Shown: piece by piece, positions 23,721-36,431 of the stretch
Position numbering within the stretch: the stretch's first letter is position 1
How the letters are laid out: every line of letters starts with the position of its first letter
Assembly: GCA_046563655.1 (NCBI GenBank)
Contig: CM102290.1
Location: forward strand, 7,812,001 to 7,876,000
From: Yuukianura sp. NJ FZ-2021
Lineage: Eukaryota
DNA: 64,000 bases
Reading direction: 5' to 3'
Program-made: the position numbers and the translations under genes
The notes under the pieces: generated by a model
What the model was told of the DNA's origin: nothing
Database searches by the model: none
The model's input: only the letters and a program-made list of their open reading frames with translations

Positions 23721-24642
23721 TCGTAACATATGTTTAGGTATGCTGAAATTGTGTAATATTTTAGCAATGTTTAGCTTGTTTATGCGTTCCTCAACAATGC
23801 ATGCTTTACTAATTTTATATTTTATGTACTTAATACTGGTCGTTTTGAACGGTTTGTAGTCCATGTTATGTCCACCTTTACCTTATGTATAATGAAAGTA
23901 CCTATGTTGGATATTAGCTGACAACGTGGCGACAAATGAATGTATAATCTTTTACATGCTTATTAAATTAAATTAACGTTAAAATTACACACATACTTGA
24001 AACTCTGTTTATTATTTGTTGAGGTGGAATTCTTCAACAAATTCAATTTATGTTGAATCGTGTTTTGTTTTATACTGAACGGATTAGCCTGGAATTCTTG
24101 TGATTGCTAATCTTAACGGCAATGTTCGTATGAACCATAATTCAACAGTTACTATTCATTTTATTCTACGTTAATATTGTACAGTCCTAACAATTATAAT
24201 CCGCAGCTTATTCAATCGTGGACATATAGATTGACTATTTATTCTAGTTGCTTATTTATTTACGGTTTAAATACCGTAACTTCAACTTATCACTTTGCTA
24301 ATCCATTAACTTAGCATACGTTAATGGATTTGCACTTTGCACTTTGGTTAAATTAATAGCTGTTCGACGTAGTGTGGCGCATTACAGCTCACGAATGTGA
24401 GAGTTTCGGTTTTGATACGAATTCCTCCCACTTCACTCATTCGTTGACTAGTTTCCCGCACACTCCTGCCGTCGTGGGTGATGATCCAACTAGTGGTTTG
24501 AATCACAGATCGCTAGGTGGTACACATGGCATGATGGTCTTCTGCGAACTCCTCTGTTCGTTCTATGAAGTTTCTGCGCTTGACCCTGATATTGCGGCCT
24601 AACAGAAGGAAGGTCGGGTCAGTGAAGGCACAAGGTCAAAGG

Positions 24643-25123
24643 CAGGGTTGGCAAAATGATTGTGACTAACGTTAATGAATGACGTTAGTAACTTTTATGA
24701 CGGGACCCCTCACAATGCGTTATTTTCATTTTTTTTTTATTTAACGCTTGTCTCTGCTGTTTTTTGTGAAAAAAGGAGCGGTTTTGTATCAACATCGAAG
24801 CAAAACTTAATTAGTTTTGCAGTCATTTTGCATGCATTTAGCTCTCCTGTTCGCTATCTTTGGTCATCATTTACAGCAGTTATCGTACCAGCAGTTTTGA
24901 AAAAATTGTAATTAAGATTAATAGTAACTGTTAACAATGCCGCGCGTCTAAGATCCATTTTGATAAGCATTTTGAGCTGAACCAAATCCGTTGTAGTTGT
25001 TGTAAGTAGAAGAAAAAACAGAAGTAAAAATATCGTTCCAGAATTTATGATTTAAATGCGTTTTAGCCTTAGGAAAGTTACTAACGTCACTTTCCTAAAA
25101 CTGACGTCATTTTGCTAACACTG
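24643..25123. mobile_element. hAT-like MITE
   Basis: 17-bp TIRs CAGGGTTGGCAAAATGA / TCATTTTGCTAACACTG have 2 mismatches. There is a subterminal IR tgacgttagtaacttt / aaagttactaacgtca and an 8-bp TSD GTCAAAGG (24635-24642) / GTCAAGGG (25124-25131). Confidence 0.8.
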
Positions 25124-25531
25124 GTCAAGGGGTCACACATAATCGTGATAAATCAATGTTACGATGTGCTTTTTGCTTGCTTTTTTTAAGGCTAACATAG
25201 TAAGCACGGGTTTTCTTTCTTTCTGATGTTTTTAATGTTTTGCTTTTTTAAAATAATAATTAAATTAATTTAATAATAAAACAAACTTCTTTTAAGTAAA
25301 ACTGAGAGCTTGAAATCAGTATAATTAAGTAATTGAATAACTATCCAGGCCCTAAGAGGCATCGATTCACTAGTTCTAAATTTAATTTATAATTCCCTCT
25401 GGATTTTCCGGTTCTACAGACGCATATGCATTCCAAGCAATTCAAGCAAAAACTGCAAAAAGCAAAGCACGAGTTTCAAAAAGGCGCATACTAAAGAAGC
25501 ATAATGTTGTCCATCCATAATAAATATGGTG

Positions 25532-25552
25532 TGACTCATATTATATGAGTCA
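25532..25552. promoter_or_regulatory. Palindromic pair of AP-1 consensus sites upstream of the metallothionein
   Basis: TGACTCATAT-T-ATATGAGTCA is a perfect palindrome containing TGACTCA and TGAGTCA. Confidence 0.5.
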
Positions 25553-25641
25553 TATCTGGGTAGGACAGACAGACATGTCCATACGGTTGTCATAAAGTTC
25601 TGCGTCATGCTAGTAAAGAAAGATTGTAACTTATTCTCTTT

Positions 25642-25690
25642 TGCACACGGCACTACTCTTGCACACGGCACTACTTTTTTGCGCACGGCA
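25642..25690 (+). promoter_or_regulatory. Three tandem metal response elements (MTF-1 sites)
   Basis: TGCACAC-GGC at 25642 and 25660 and TGCGCAC-GGC at 25680 match the TGCRCNC core with the GC-rich flank, about 200 bp upstream of the metallothionein ATG. Confidence 0.9.
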
Positions 25691-25879
25691 CTTTCTCTAC
25701 ATCTGAAATCTTAACAGCATAAAAGCATCCGTCAAAGGCTTCCAATTCTTATTGTATTTCTGAAAATTACTTGTGGATCTTCAATTTCCCGGTAGCAGTC
25801 AACGACACGTCACATATTACCACGCCACAGTCTGCTCAACCCGTTTCAATCTCCAGCCTTTACTCTACAACTGCTCACA

Positions 25880-26368
25880 ATGGCATCTTGCTGTCAAAGT
25901 AAGTCAAAATACGCCCATTTCATAGTAGACAATACATGTACAACCAAACTGTTGGTCGCTTTCATTTTTCAAAAACCGAATTTGAAACTTTTGATATTCT
26001 CTTTCCTAAAATTTGTTTCATTTCCGTGTTTAGAAGTTTCGACTAACTGCGGAGACGAAGCCTGTGCTGCTGGCGCCGGATGCAAATGCACCACCGATGG
26101 CGGCAAATGTGCTTGCATTCACTGCAAATGCGGTGACGGTTGCAAGTGCCCGTGCGCAACAGAGGGAGCTCGATGCGTCTGCAACTGCACTTGCAAAACT
26201 GGAGGAACTTGCGTCTGTGAAGAAGGGAAATGCAACTGCGCCGCAGCATCTTGCGCCTGTGGAGATGGATGTAAGTGCGCCACTGATGGGGGAAGCTGCG
26301 CCTGCGCCTGTAAATGCAAGCAAGGAGCCAACTGCACTTGCGGAGACAACTGCAAATGTGCCGCCTAA
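25880..26368 (+). CDS. Metallothionein, long multi-domain type (about 117 aa, 33 Cys)
   Basis: Exon 1 is 25880-25898 (MASCCQ, donor GTAAGT), then a 135-nt intron, then exon 2 at 26034-26368. The spliced protein is CxC-rich with no Phe, Tyr or Trp, and MREs lie upstream. Confidence 0.92.
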   Translation: MASCCQSKSKYAHFIVDNTCTTKLLVAFIFQKPNLKLLIFSFLKFVSFPCLEVSTNCGDEACAAGAGCKCTTDGGKCACIHCKCGDGCKCPCATEGARCVCNCTCKTGGTCVCEEGKCNCAAASCACGDGCKCATDGGSCACACKCKQGANCTCGDNCKCAA

Positions 26369-26486
26369 ATCCGATTCTATCTCGGCAGCTCAAGAAATCA
26401 TCATGATTATCTTCAAAATTGGCGTCTACGATTAAGAAATTGCTATTTGTCATTCCCATTATTCCTAAGCGGCTCTTTAGTATAGT

Positions 26487-26545
26487 TTTCAATTAGTCCA
26501 TCGGCTTAACCGAATTTCAATTAGTCCATCGGCTTAACCGAATTT
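26487..26545. repeat. Perfect 28-bp tandem duplication in the metallothionein 3' UTR
   Basis: tttcaattagtccatcggcttaaccgaa occurs twice (26487-26514 and 26515-26542). Confidence 0.95.
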
Positions 26546-29500
26546 GTCTACTCCTATTTATTCTTTATGGTTAGCTTTTAGAGTATTTTTTTCAAATTTT
26601 GTGCTCTAAAATTACAATTGGGAAATAATTTATTTGTACACTACGTATGAAACAAAGCCAAAGGCAAAGTTTGTGAGTTACTACAAGTATGAGAATAGGA
26701 AAAGTTACAAAAAATTCAAAATACATCATAATAAAATACTAAAATCTCAGATGAAAGGGACGAACAATGCTTCTTCTTTCTACCCTCCATTTCGCTTTCA
26801 TTTTGAAAAGCAGGGCCTGCAAGGTCCTGCCACAGTAACTCCATTTTGAGAGACAGCCACTCCTCCAATTCATACCACTTTTTTCATCTGGAGGAGAGTT
26901 GCTCCATGTCAAACTTGGTTCCCTTATGAAACGGGTGAGATTTGGAGGAGTGGGAGTCATCACAAAACAGAGTTGTTGTTGTAGGACCCTGTAGAACGGT
27001 TTCTGCGTGGAGTCCCAAGTATCGGAGGGTCCAAAAACAGTTCACTCTGCCTCTCGCAGTTCTCCTGATGCGAGGGGGAAGGACGGAATTTGGTTAGACT
27101 AGAAAGTTTTCCCATCTTCAGCCTACGGTGTGTTCCTAACTTAGGCCTACGACCTCTTCTTGATGAGCTTACATCAACAATAGTTTCCCCATAAGAAAAA
27201 ATAGAAATTTTTAGTGGTAGAACCTTGCTTGGGTCATCGCGAGGTCGCTCATCATTCACTCTCTCAACTCTCAAAAGTTTCAATCAACAGTTTGAGTAAA
27301 GTTGTTCTCGCGTTGTCTCGTTCTAACTCCTTGCTCCAGAGATTTCAGTTTCCATAACTTTCAATTTATTTCAAAACATATCAAAAGTGTGACCAAATCT
27401 CTTTCCAAGGAAATCAAAGTGCAAAATCTTTCAAAAATCGGACCAACATTTTTCCATCTTTTTTGACTGCGTGTGCAAAGCTTAGGATTTCTGAGAAATT
27501 GCAAAGGTGAAAGTTATTTTTCTAATCTTGTTGCCAACTTGACAACAAACAGAAACACATCTTATCCTCAAGTCCAACAGCCAACTTCATCTTCATCTTC
27601 CTCGAGACAATATTTAGCAGTCGGGTTTAGTGGCAGTTGGAGAACAACACCAGTAACAAAGTATAGTAAACGCAAAAACGAACCAAACTTTGAAAAAAAA
27701 AAACACTTTTTGTTGAGAATTTATTTATATATTTTATTTGTTTTCAGAATTCATTCTTTGAACTTTCGAACGAATCGAACTTGAATCCTACGAAGATTAC
27801 AGTTTTTGTGTGCTCTTTTGAAAGAAAGTGACTTTTATCTCAATTTATATTAAATATTCAGCACAGTTCTACAGACTTTTCATATTCTCCAGAAAAAAAA
27901 CTCTGTTTTGGAACATCACTTACCTGGATACACGGCGAACATTTGACCAAAGATCATGGGAAAATGTAAGATTCTATTTCATATATGTAGCTTTTCTCCA
28001 AAAAATTAGACTAAAAACTGCAAAAATTTTCAGGGACTACTAAGATTTCTTTTATTTGCGGAAACCTTGTCCTGTTTTCAGGAATTTTTATTGTATAGGC
28101 TCTGGTTTTTGAGTAGAAATGGTACCATTTCTGAAAAATTCTAGACTGATCTGTTGCATCTGGTGTCTACATTACTTGAGCAGTTACAGACATTTGAAAT
28201 TTCGAAATAGAAATTTTTTTTGGAAAAAAGAAATTCTAAAACAACAATATGTCTACACCTACGCTCATAAAATTTACAATAATTCTTTTCCAGATACGTT
28301 CACAGTGTACTAAAAATCTGTTTTTCCATTTCTTACTAAACAGAAGTGCCCAAAACCCCACCTTAAATTGACAGTATTTGTTGGAATTTTTTTGAAAAAC
28401 GATTTTGTGTTCTGTTCACCTACTTTAAAGTGACTTCCAAAGATACTAAATCAGGCGTGTGTGGTGTCGTTAACTTTTTGTGGCCAAGCAAGGCTTCAGA
28501 TACATTCTGAAACATTTGTGTAAATAGACAAGTGTGTCCTAGTTGGCTCACTTTCCAAAAAAAAATTCTTTTTCTTTTGAGTTTTTTTTATAACTTCCGG
28601 AATTCATCCAAACGTGAGAAGAGAGAGGATTCGGTTGAAAAAAGTAGTCCAAATTTTTAAAAATTTTCTGAAAGGATCTTTTGCCATGAATATTTTTTTT
28701 TCGTTTGCAATTAAATTAATGACGGAAACTGTAGCATAACTTTTGTCTGAATTTTATGCTCTACAGATTAATTTTAGCTATGTTAGTTGTGTAGGTCCAT
28801 CAATAAGATTAAAGTTTTCTCCATGATGAAATTTGTAAAAGAGAGAAGAGTAGGTTGAGTAGTTCTAAATTCTGCGTGGGATGTTCTTAAAAGAAGAGAC
28901 TTTATACGTTCATATTCTTGTTCTAAAAATTTAGTTCCTAGGAAATGTATATGCAACAGATTTGAAACATGCTTTTTGGATAATTGGGAAAGGGGTTGCT
29001 GGAGAAAACTCTGGAGAAAGTAGCCCACGCATCGTCTTTAGTTCAGTTCATATGCCCCATAGTACGAAATGAATTATTCCTACCTAGTACGCCTTCATGG
29101 TCTTTTTAAATATGGCTGCCTGTTGACTCTTCTATGGTTTTTTTTTTCAAAATTTTCAAAATCTACTGCCTGTTTTTGGGCTTGTTGAACACGATACTTT
29201 TTCAAAAACTCTTTTTGCCCTTCAAAAGGCTTTACAGAAATTGAAACAGTAGTATATTTAGTTATTCAGATCGATTCGTGTTAAGACTTTTTAGACTTTT
29301 AACGTTTAGTACTTTGTATTTTATTTAGCAGGTTAACGTAGTACACAAAAGTTAAAAAGGTTTGGTGACATGGAGCGGCGTAAATTTCTTCGGGGAATTT
29401 GCATTATTTTTTCTTGTAGAACTGCAATTTTGAGTCACTTAACGTGGGAAACGTCGTCTTTCTTGAATTTAAAATCCCGTTGTACCATAAATCGTGTTTT

Positions 29501-32500
29501 TTTTTCCGCGTTGAAATTCTCCTACAATTTAAAATCAATTCTGTCCAATTATTGGAATTGAAATGAATATCATCACAAGTTAAAGCGTTTCATGCTGCAA
29601 AAAAAAACGATTTTTTTGTATAAGCTCAACTTAAAAAAAAGTCGAATATTGTTTTAGTAACTTTGGTCTCAATGATTTTTCGAACTTTATTTTATTAAGC
29701 TTTGTTTAAAAATTTTGAACTTCGGGTGCTTTCCAAAAGAAAACATTTTTGAGTGTCACTTAAATAAGAACAACCATTTACACGTCCCTGCCAGTAGTTT
29801 TAGAGGTTTTGTTGTGTGTGACCTTTGACCTCTGGGATGAAGGGAATGCTCTTATATGGAGTTTGCAAATGAAATCACGCATGAGATTCAAAACAAGTTT
29901 GGTAAAAACTATTCTGTGGGTAATTTTCGAAGTGTAGTCCACCCTCAGATTCCGTATTTCATTTTAGCCATCTTTACTTTTTAATCTGAAGCTAATGTAT
30001 TTAAACGAGTAAGCTGGAACGTGATTTACTAAAGACTGTGCTAATCTTAAATATTTAGCATGGTCAACAAGTTTGACTTCCTGCTACAGTAATGTTTATT
30101 TACAAATTTCAAAAATTAACAAATGATTCATCAATTAGTGTTTAAAACTTCGTCTTCTGGTTCATCATGAGTCACGGGCACTTAGGCACCGCTGTTCTCT
30201 AGGAACATTCCAAAGGAATTTCAAAAGTGTCTTGGGAGTTGCTTTTAACTTAAGCGCACAATATAACGCTAATTGGGGCCTGCTTGAAACTAATTACGCT
30301 TCGAAACTAAAAAAAAATGCGCTGGAAATTTTTTTTTAATAGTTAAACTAAAAAGAGCTTTAGATTTGGGTCAACAAATTATTGTTAAAACCGGGTTTTT
30401 GTTTTCCTTTTTATAGGTCAAATCATACACGTATTTTCTCTACTGCTTTCCCCTTGACTTCTGTTGGCTTCTCGGACTGCTCCTGGCGCATCTTCAACCT
30501 CCCTCCAAACTATTTTTAAATTTTGAAAAGACAATTCAAATTCAACTTTTGTTGGACAAAAATTGAGTAAATTTCAAAATCATAACTGAACATTTCCTTC
30601 GCCTCCAAGCCTTGTTTATACCTAAAAATGAACTTTTTCTGCTCTGCGCATCCGTGACAAACTCTGCTACTTCTGCCCTCCAAGAAATTGGTCACTGTTG
30701 GGTACGGACGTTTTTTCTTCCTTCGGATTACCGTAAGAGAGGTACAATTTCAAACACCACTAAAGTCACACCATCTCTGTTGTGTTTGTGTTTTGACCTC
30801 GTGACCTCTTCTGCAAAGTCACTCACTTTAACACGCCTAATGTTCCGTTTGCCTTAAAAATGCTTTGCAAACACATTTCAATTTGTTATGCTGTTCCTTC
30901 GTTGCCTTCTCGGCCACTCTGCACTCTGTGCAGTACGTTTGAAGCAAGCGGAAGCTCTGGTCAATTTAACAATGTAGAAATTTTCTCTTTTCAAAGTGTT
31001 ACTATGATACCCTGTCATTACTTTTCCTGTGCTTTTCTTTTGATAATTTTTAAGCTCCAGGAGTTGAATTCAAAATGGCCTCTGGGCTCTCTCTTCTCGA
31101 ATCTTGTTTGTTTCAATTGGTATCTCCGAAGCATCCAACCGTGTCCACTGTAGGAACTAGGAACCGTAGCCAAAGGATTCAGGAAAAGGGAATCATGAAC
31201 CATTAATGATATTTTTATATTCACTGAAGACTGTGTTAGCTGGAGAAAACAATACAAAGTGATCGTAGGGTATTCTGGAAAAGAGGCAACACCCTGCGTT
31301 TACAAAGTGTGACTTTTGGTCAGAGTGGTCCATGGACATGGTGGCTTTGATCATGATGATAGGTTGGTCAGGCGTGTTTGGACTGTGGTGCTGCTGGATT
31401 TGTGAAATTTCATGGCTGACATGACAGACAACATTTTGAGAACGACTGTAACTATGACTCGTTGATTTGAACAATTGTATCTGATTTTGACAAGTCAAAA
31501 AAACTATGCTATTAATTCCAAACTACACCGCAACATGCAAGGGTATAATTGAATCGTGTTTAGAATAATTCCATTTTCTGTCGACACTCTCCATTTTGGC
31601 GCGTTTTTGTGAAATTTTACTTAGCTGAAACTGACGTCCTCTGCCCTTTTACTTTTTAACATCAAAATACTAAAGTCATTTTTTCCTTTCAATTTTCCAC
31701 TAATTTATGGGAGAATTTTGATTAAATCACTATTTTTGAAAATTGGCACCTTGAATTCCTCAAGTAGTGAAAGTAAAATAGAGAATTTTGAACATAGTCC
31801 AGAATTCCAGTTTTTCAAGGGCTATGTAATGACAAATTGCAAATTTTTTAAAAACCTGTTTGCAGTACTTTATGCGGAACGTCTTCATGCATTTTTTTTT
31901 GTGAAAGATGTGAGTGACCTTCGAACTGGTTTTGTATAATGAACAAAAAAACGATGGGAAAATTTCTGAAAGATCCAGCAGATTGAAATTTATTTCCATA
32001 CTTTCCAGGTTGAATGATCTTTTAAAACCGAATTGAAAAGTGCCACGGTGCTTAAACTATTTAACTTATGCTTCATCTCCCATCTTAACAGCAGATGCAG
32101 AAGCCTCTTTTTCAGCTTTGCCGTCTTTTATGACATTTCCCTTGGCTTTTATGTCACTATGGCTCTCTTAATTTAAAATCCATTTCCCTACATCGACTCA
32201 GGATTTTAAAAGTCTCGCTCTTCCCCGCTCTTTATTGCTGCCTCCGTTTTAGGTTTAAGTTACCCCTTAATACCTTATACTGTATGGATCGATGAAAAAC
32301 CAGCGGATGCTTCGAGTTAAAACAATTTTGTTTCCAATTTAGATTCTAGTCTTGAAATTTCCTTACGTTTTCACCAGCTTCCTTTCCACAGTCAGCCTTT
32401 GCTTCTCTAATTAACTTAACTCAAAATTAAGTCAAGGAAAAATAACACAACGAAACCCATTTCTATTGTTCCATTGGGGAGAGACCCTGTAATTCTATTT

Positions 32501-35500
32501 TACAAAAATAGTTTGGCATTACGAGGCGGTCCTTCGGGGTTCTAGGAGGAAACTAATCAAGGGCAGTCACTACTGCTGGTCCACTGGAGGTCTTCGGTTC
32601 GTTGGTTTATTGCTTGTTGGTAGCTTCCAGAACCCAGCAAACTGTGGGGAAGTTTGTTGAAAGCGAAACTTTGTAAGGTACAAGGAAATAAATTGACAAC
32701 GGTTTTCTTAGAAGCTAGTCTTAGAAGCCTTTCCGGTTTTCATCGAGAGCGTTCTAGTGTAAGACTAATGGCTGCTAGTATCTTTCGAAAATTAGGAAAG
32801 TGGAACGTCCGTGTTCAAAAAGAAAACTAAAAAGTACTGAAAATAGGAAGAAGAGATTCGAGGTTGTCATCTTGAGCAAATAGGAGGGACTTTTTATAAA
32901 TTGTTAGTAATTGAGTGCTAAGAACTCCTGCGTGTAGTGGTAGAGCTGGAACATGGCTGGATGTTGGTGAAAGTGTGGGGAAAGTTCTCTTACGATGCTA
33001 AGATTTGTGCTGAGTGAGAAAATTTCGAGAAATAAGGTTCCACATCATCATTATCTTCTGTTATTTTCGGATCAAAATCTCATACTTTGGTCTCCCTTCA
33101 GTTCAATTCCTTCAATTCCCAGGAGCAGTAGTTTCAAGTACAATTCCATTACGAACACATTTTCAAACTCTTAAAACATAACTCAACGTGTTAGGGAAAA
33201 GTAAATTTTATTTTACACATTACAATTAGTGTTATTTTTGGAACTGGATCAGAACAGGATTTTCAAAAACTGTTACAAAGAAGCTTTTCCTTCACAAAGC
33301 TAACCTAAAATTGTTGTAAGTTTCAAGGTTTTCTAGTTTTTTTTTCTGAAAAATATGTTTGTTTTAGTTTTTTCTTGAAAAGGTGACCGATGTCGTCGCA
33401 GGTCGACTTGACTTTTTCCGGCGTAAACTCCATTGTTATTTGAAATTCCATTGGAACTCAAGTCCTGAAAGCCTATCATGTCCGAATCTATTATCTTTCT
33501 TTCGGCTTGACTTGGACGCCACCATAACCAACCAGGACCTCCTGTTGCACAGTTGTACAGTGCTCGCCAAAAATCTCTGAGAGGACTTTCACTTCTATAA
33601 TGTTAATCATAAAATATTTCTCTGCTCTGGTAAAAGCTGTTTGAAATTGAACCACTCTGTATACTTTCTCCCCGCAAACCAACATGGCTGAATTTTGAGG
33701 GTTTTACTTCATCATTTCATCTTGTCTTGTTTTTTTTTTCGAAAACGAATAGGATTTCTATTTTATTAAGTAAAGTAGCGAGTGCCTGGAAGTCTGGAAC
33801 ACTTGCGTATCGGTTTCTGTGAGTGGACATGTTGGAACAAAAATTGGGGAAAAATGTTGTGTAGTGTCCTCGTCCTCTGATGTAATACATTTAGTTGATT
33901 AATTTCCAAATATTTCTGGGATAGGATATTATAACGTGTTTCTTATTGGTTTGATTCATTTAATGGGAAAGTGGAATTGATAACTTTGGACTTTCGGCTT
34001 TGCGTAGAAATGCTTTAGTTTTCTCAATTCGTTTTAAAAATTATGAAACCACGCTCGTGCTTCTTTCTTTCTTTAACATTCACATTAGCGTTTAGAAAGG
34101 TACTTGATGAGCAATTTGAAATTTATAAGGTTTAAATTTTTATTTTTATTTTTCGAAATAGAGGCAAATTGTATGCAATTTCTGAAAAAAAAAATGACAA
34201 CTTTTCAATTCTAGAAAAAAATACATTTTTTTTTGCAAAGGGGTGTTCGCCGTTTGCGTTTTTTGGCCTTGCTGAATTTTTTTTAGACGTTCGAGAAATC
34301 ATTTTTTTTTCTAAAAGTTCCGGAGAAATGCTCCTGATATGGACTTCCTCGTTGAGTTTGTGATTTTTTTTATGATAAAGTTATTATGGGTGATAACTAT
34401 TTCTTTTGGGAGTAATAGAAAATGAAATGCATCAGAAGCATGAGAAGTTTATGTTTGTGTAAGTAGTGGAGAAAGGACTTGAATTTAATCTAGGAAAAAG
34501 TTCGTCACAAACCAGTTAAAGTAAAAGTAAAATGAAATCATGGTTAGTCGATAAGGGTTGGAGAAAAAAACTAAAATTGATTTGGAACTGCAGACAAATA
34601 TTCTTAGGTAATGGATTCCGTTCACGATTTCCACTTCCGGAGAAAGTAGTTCTGATTTTTTTTTTGAAACTTTGTACATACGAAGCATATGGGACTCAAA
34701 GATTGTGAATTGAATTGACAAGTGAAAGCACCTTGTCATAGATTATAGTTCCAGAATGAGAAAATGTGTCCAAAGGATTTGCCACACGCCAATAAATATT
34801 ACTTCTGCCAAAGAAAAAACGACTTTCTCCGGCGGAAGTGAAACATACACAAAGAAACTATTTTGATTAAAAGTCAACAAAACATCCACATTCCACAGAT
34901 CCCTCCATGTGTTTAGGTTTTTTTTTTTGAAAATTTGTTTTGTAAATTTTTTTTGTTCTACATTTTTGAAAACAGCTGGATCCTTAGAGATTCCTCTCAG
35001 ATTTTGGCTAGCGCCACAGCCTTTGTTTCTGAAATATTCTTATGATTTATGGAGTAGAATTAATCAAGAAACCCCACTATTTTCTCTCTCTCTCTCTGCA
35101 GGAGTAGCGTTGTCGTGAGTTATTAATAGTAGTAGAGGAACATGATTGCCAGTGATTTTTACGGCTAGGAAAACAATGACTTCCTCGAGACAATGGACCA
35201 GGAGAGGCTGAGTATATGAATTCAAGTGCAGATGAAGATGAAAATTAGCTGATTTTTTTTATCGTAATAAGTCATTGACTCTGAAAAAAAAAATCAAGAT
35301 CCGAGTCCATGAAATTCCAATTTGGACATGGGCGAAACTTCAGAGGCGGCATTTCAAATGTCTTGTTTTTTAACAGATAGAAATGCGTTGACCGCCAAAT
35401 GTAGAACTCATGTCTGGCAGTTGGTATGACAACAATAGCTGCAGTTCGCAGGAAAGGCCAATGCAGTATAGTCTTTGCATCTGAGCTCCTTTTATGTCAA

Positions 35501-36431
35501 ATTCAAATGTTCAGAATTTAGGATTGTGTGAGACTGAGACAAGGATTGGATCCGATGGGGTCATTTGTCACGCCGCGTCTTTTCAAAAACACAAATGGAA
35601 GTTTTGAATTTTTGGTGCCAAGAGACTTGTCACTTTTAGTCCGAACATAAAAGATGACAGTTTTCCTACGGTTTCTAAGGAGTGTGTGGGAAGCTGAAGA
35701 TCAGTTTCAGCAGTTGCATAAAGGAAAATGACAAAGTAGGCCAAGCATAAGCATCTTCTTTGGCCCAAATGAACCGAGGTGAAGAGGCCCCTCCATATTC
35801 TAAATTATCATGTCACAAATGTAAAACACCTTCAACCTAATATGAAGGCAAAGGCAGAGCCTAACTAATTCCGTTTATTCATGCACTCGGAGCTGTTAAT
35901 CAAAAGAGGCTTTTATCTCGCTTGGTCTCTCAAGGCAAAGTGCAGTTTGAGAAAGTGTTTTGTCAAAAAAAGTTGTGCAACTCTAAATAGGAATTGACAA
36001 TAAGTTAACCAGAGGAAGTCGGAGTTTCAAACAGATCGCGTTCTTTGAACATTTATATGTGTAACAAAGGGTATTAGCGTCACAGTGTCACTTATGTTGG
36101 TACTTTTCAAAAACTTTTTCGAAAACATTTCAAAAATTTTCGGGAAAAAAAAACCTCTCTAACTAACAACCATCGGCAGAATTTTTATGAAAGTTTTCCT
36201 CCTTTTTTGTACATTGGCCCTTTAGTGTCTAAATTAGTTTGTCATCCTAAACGTGACTGTTTTACTGTGTTGGTTTCTGTTTTCGGCTAGATTTGATGTT
36301 TCTAAAAAACGTGTGTCAATCTTGCTGAAAAGTTTTGCACTTTAGCCTATTCGAACTCTCAGTTCTTGAACAATGTCCTCTTACTCGTCTTGTTTAGTAA
36401 ATAATTTGGTGATTGTTTTGAATCCAAAGGA

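Noticed and set aside
26030..26492. Overlapping antisense and alternative-frame ORFs over the metallothionein
   Set aside because: These are shadows of the GC-rich, Cys-codon-repetitive coding sequence.
30860..31500. Cluster of 79-101 aa ORFs on both strands
   Set aside because: I found no coherent exon chain and no recognisable protein.
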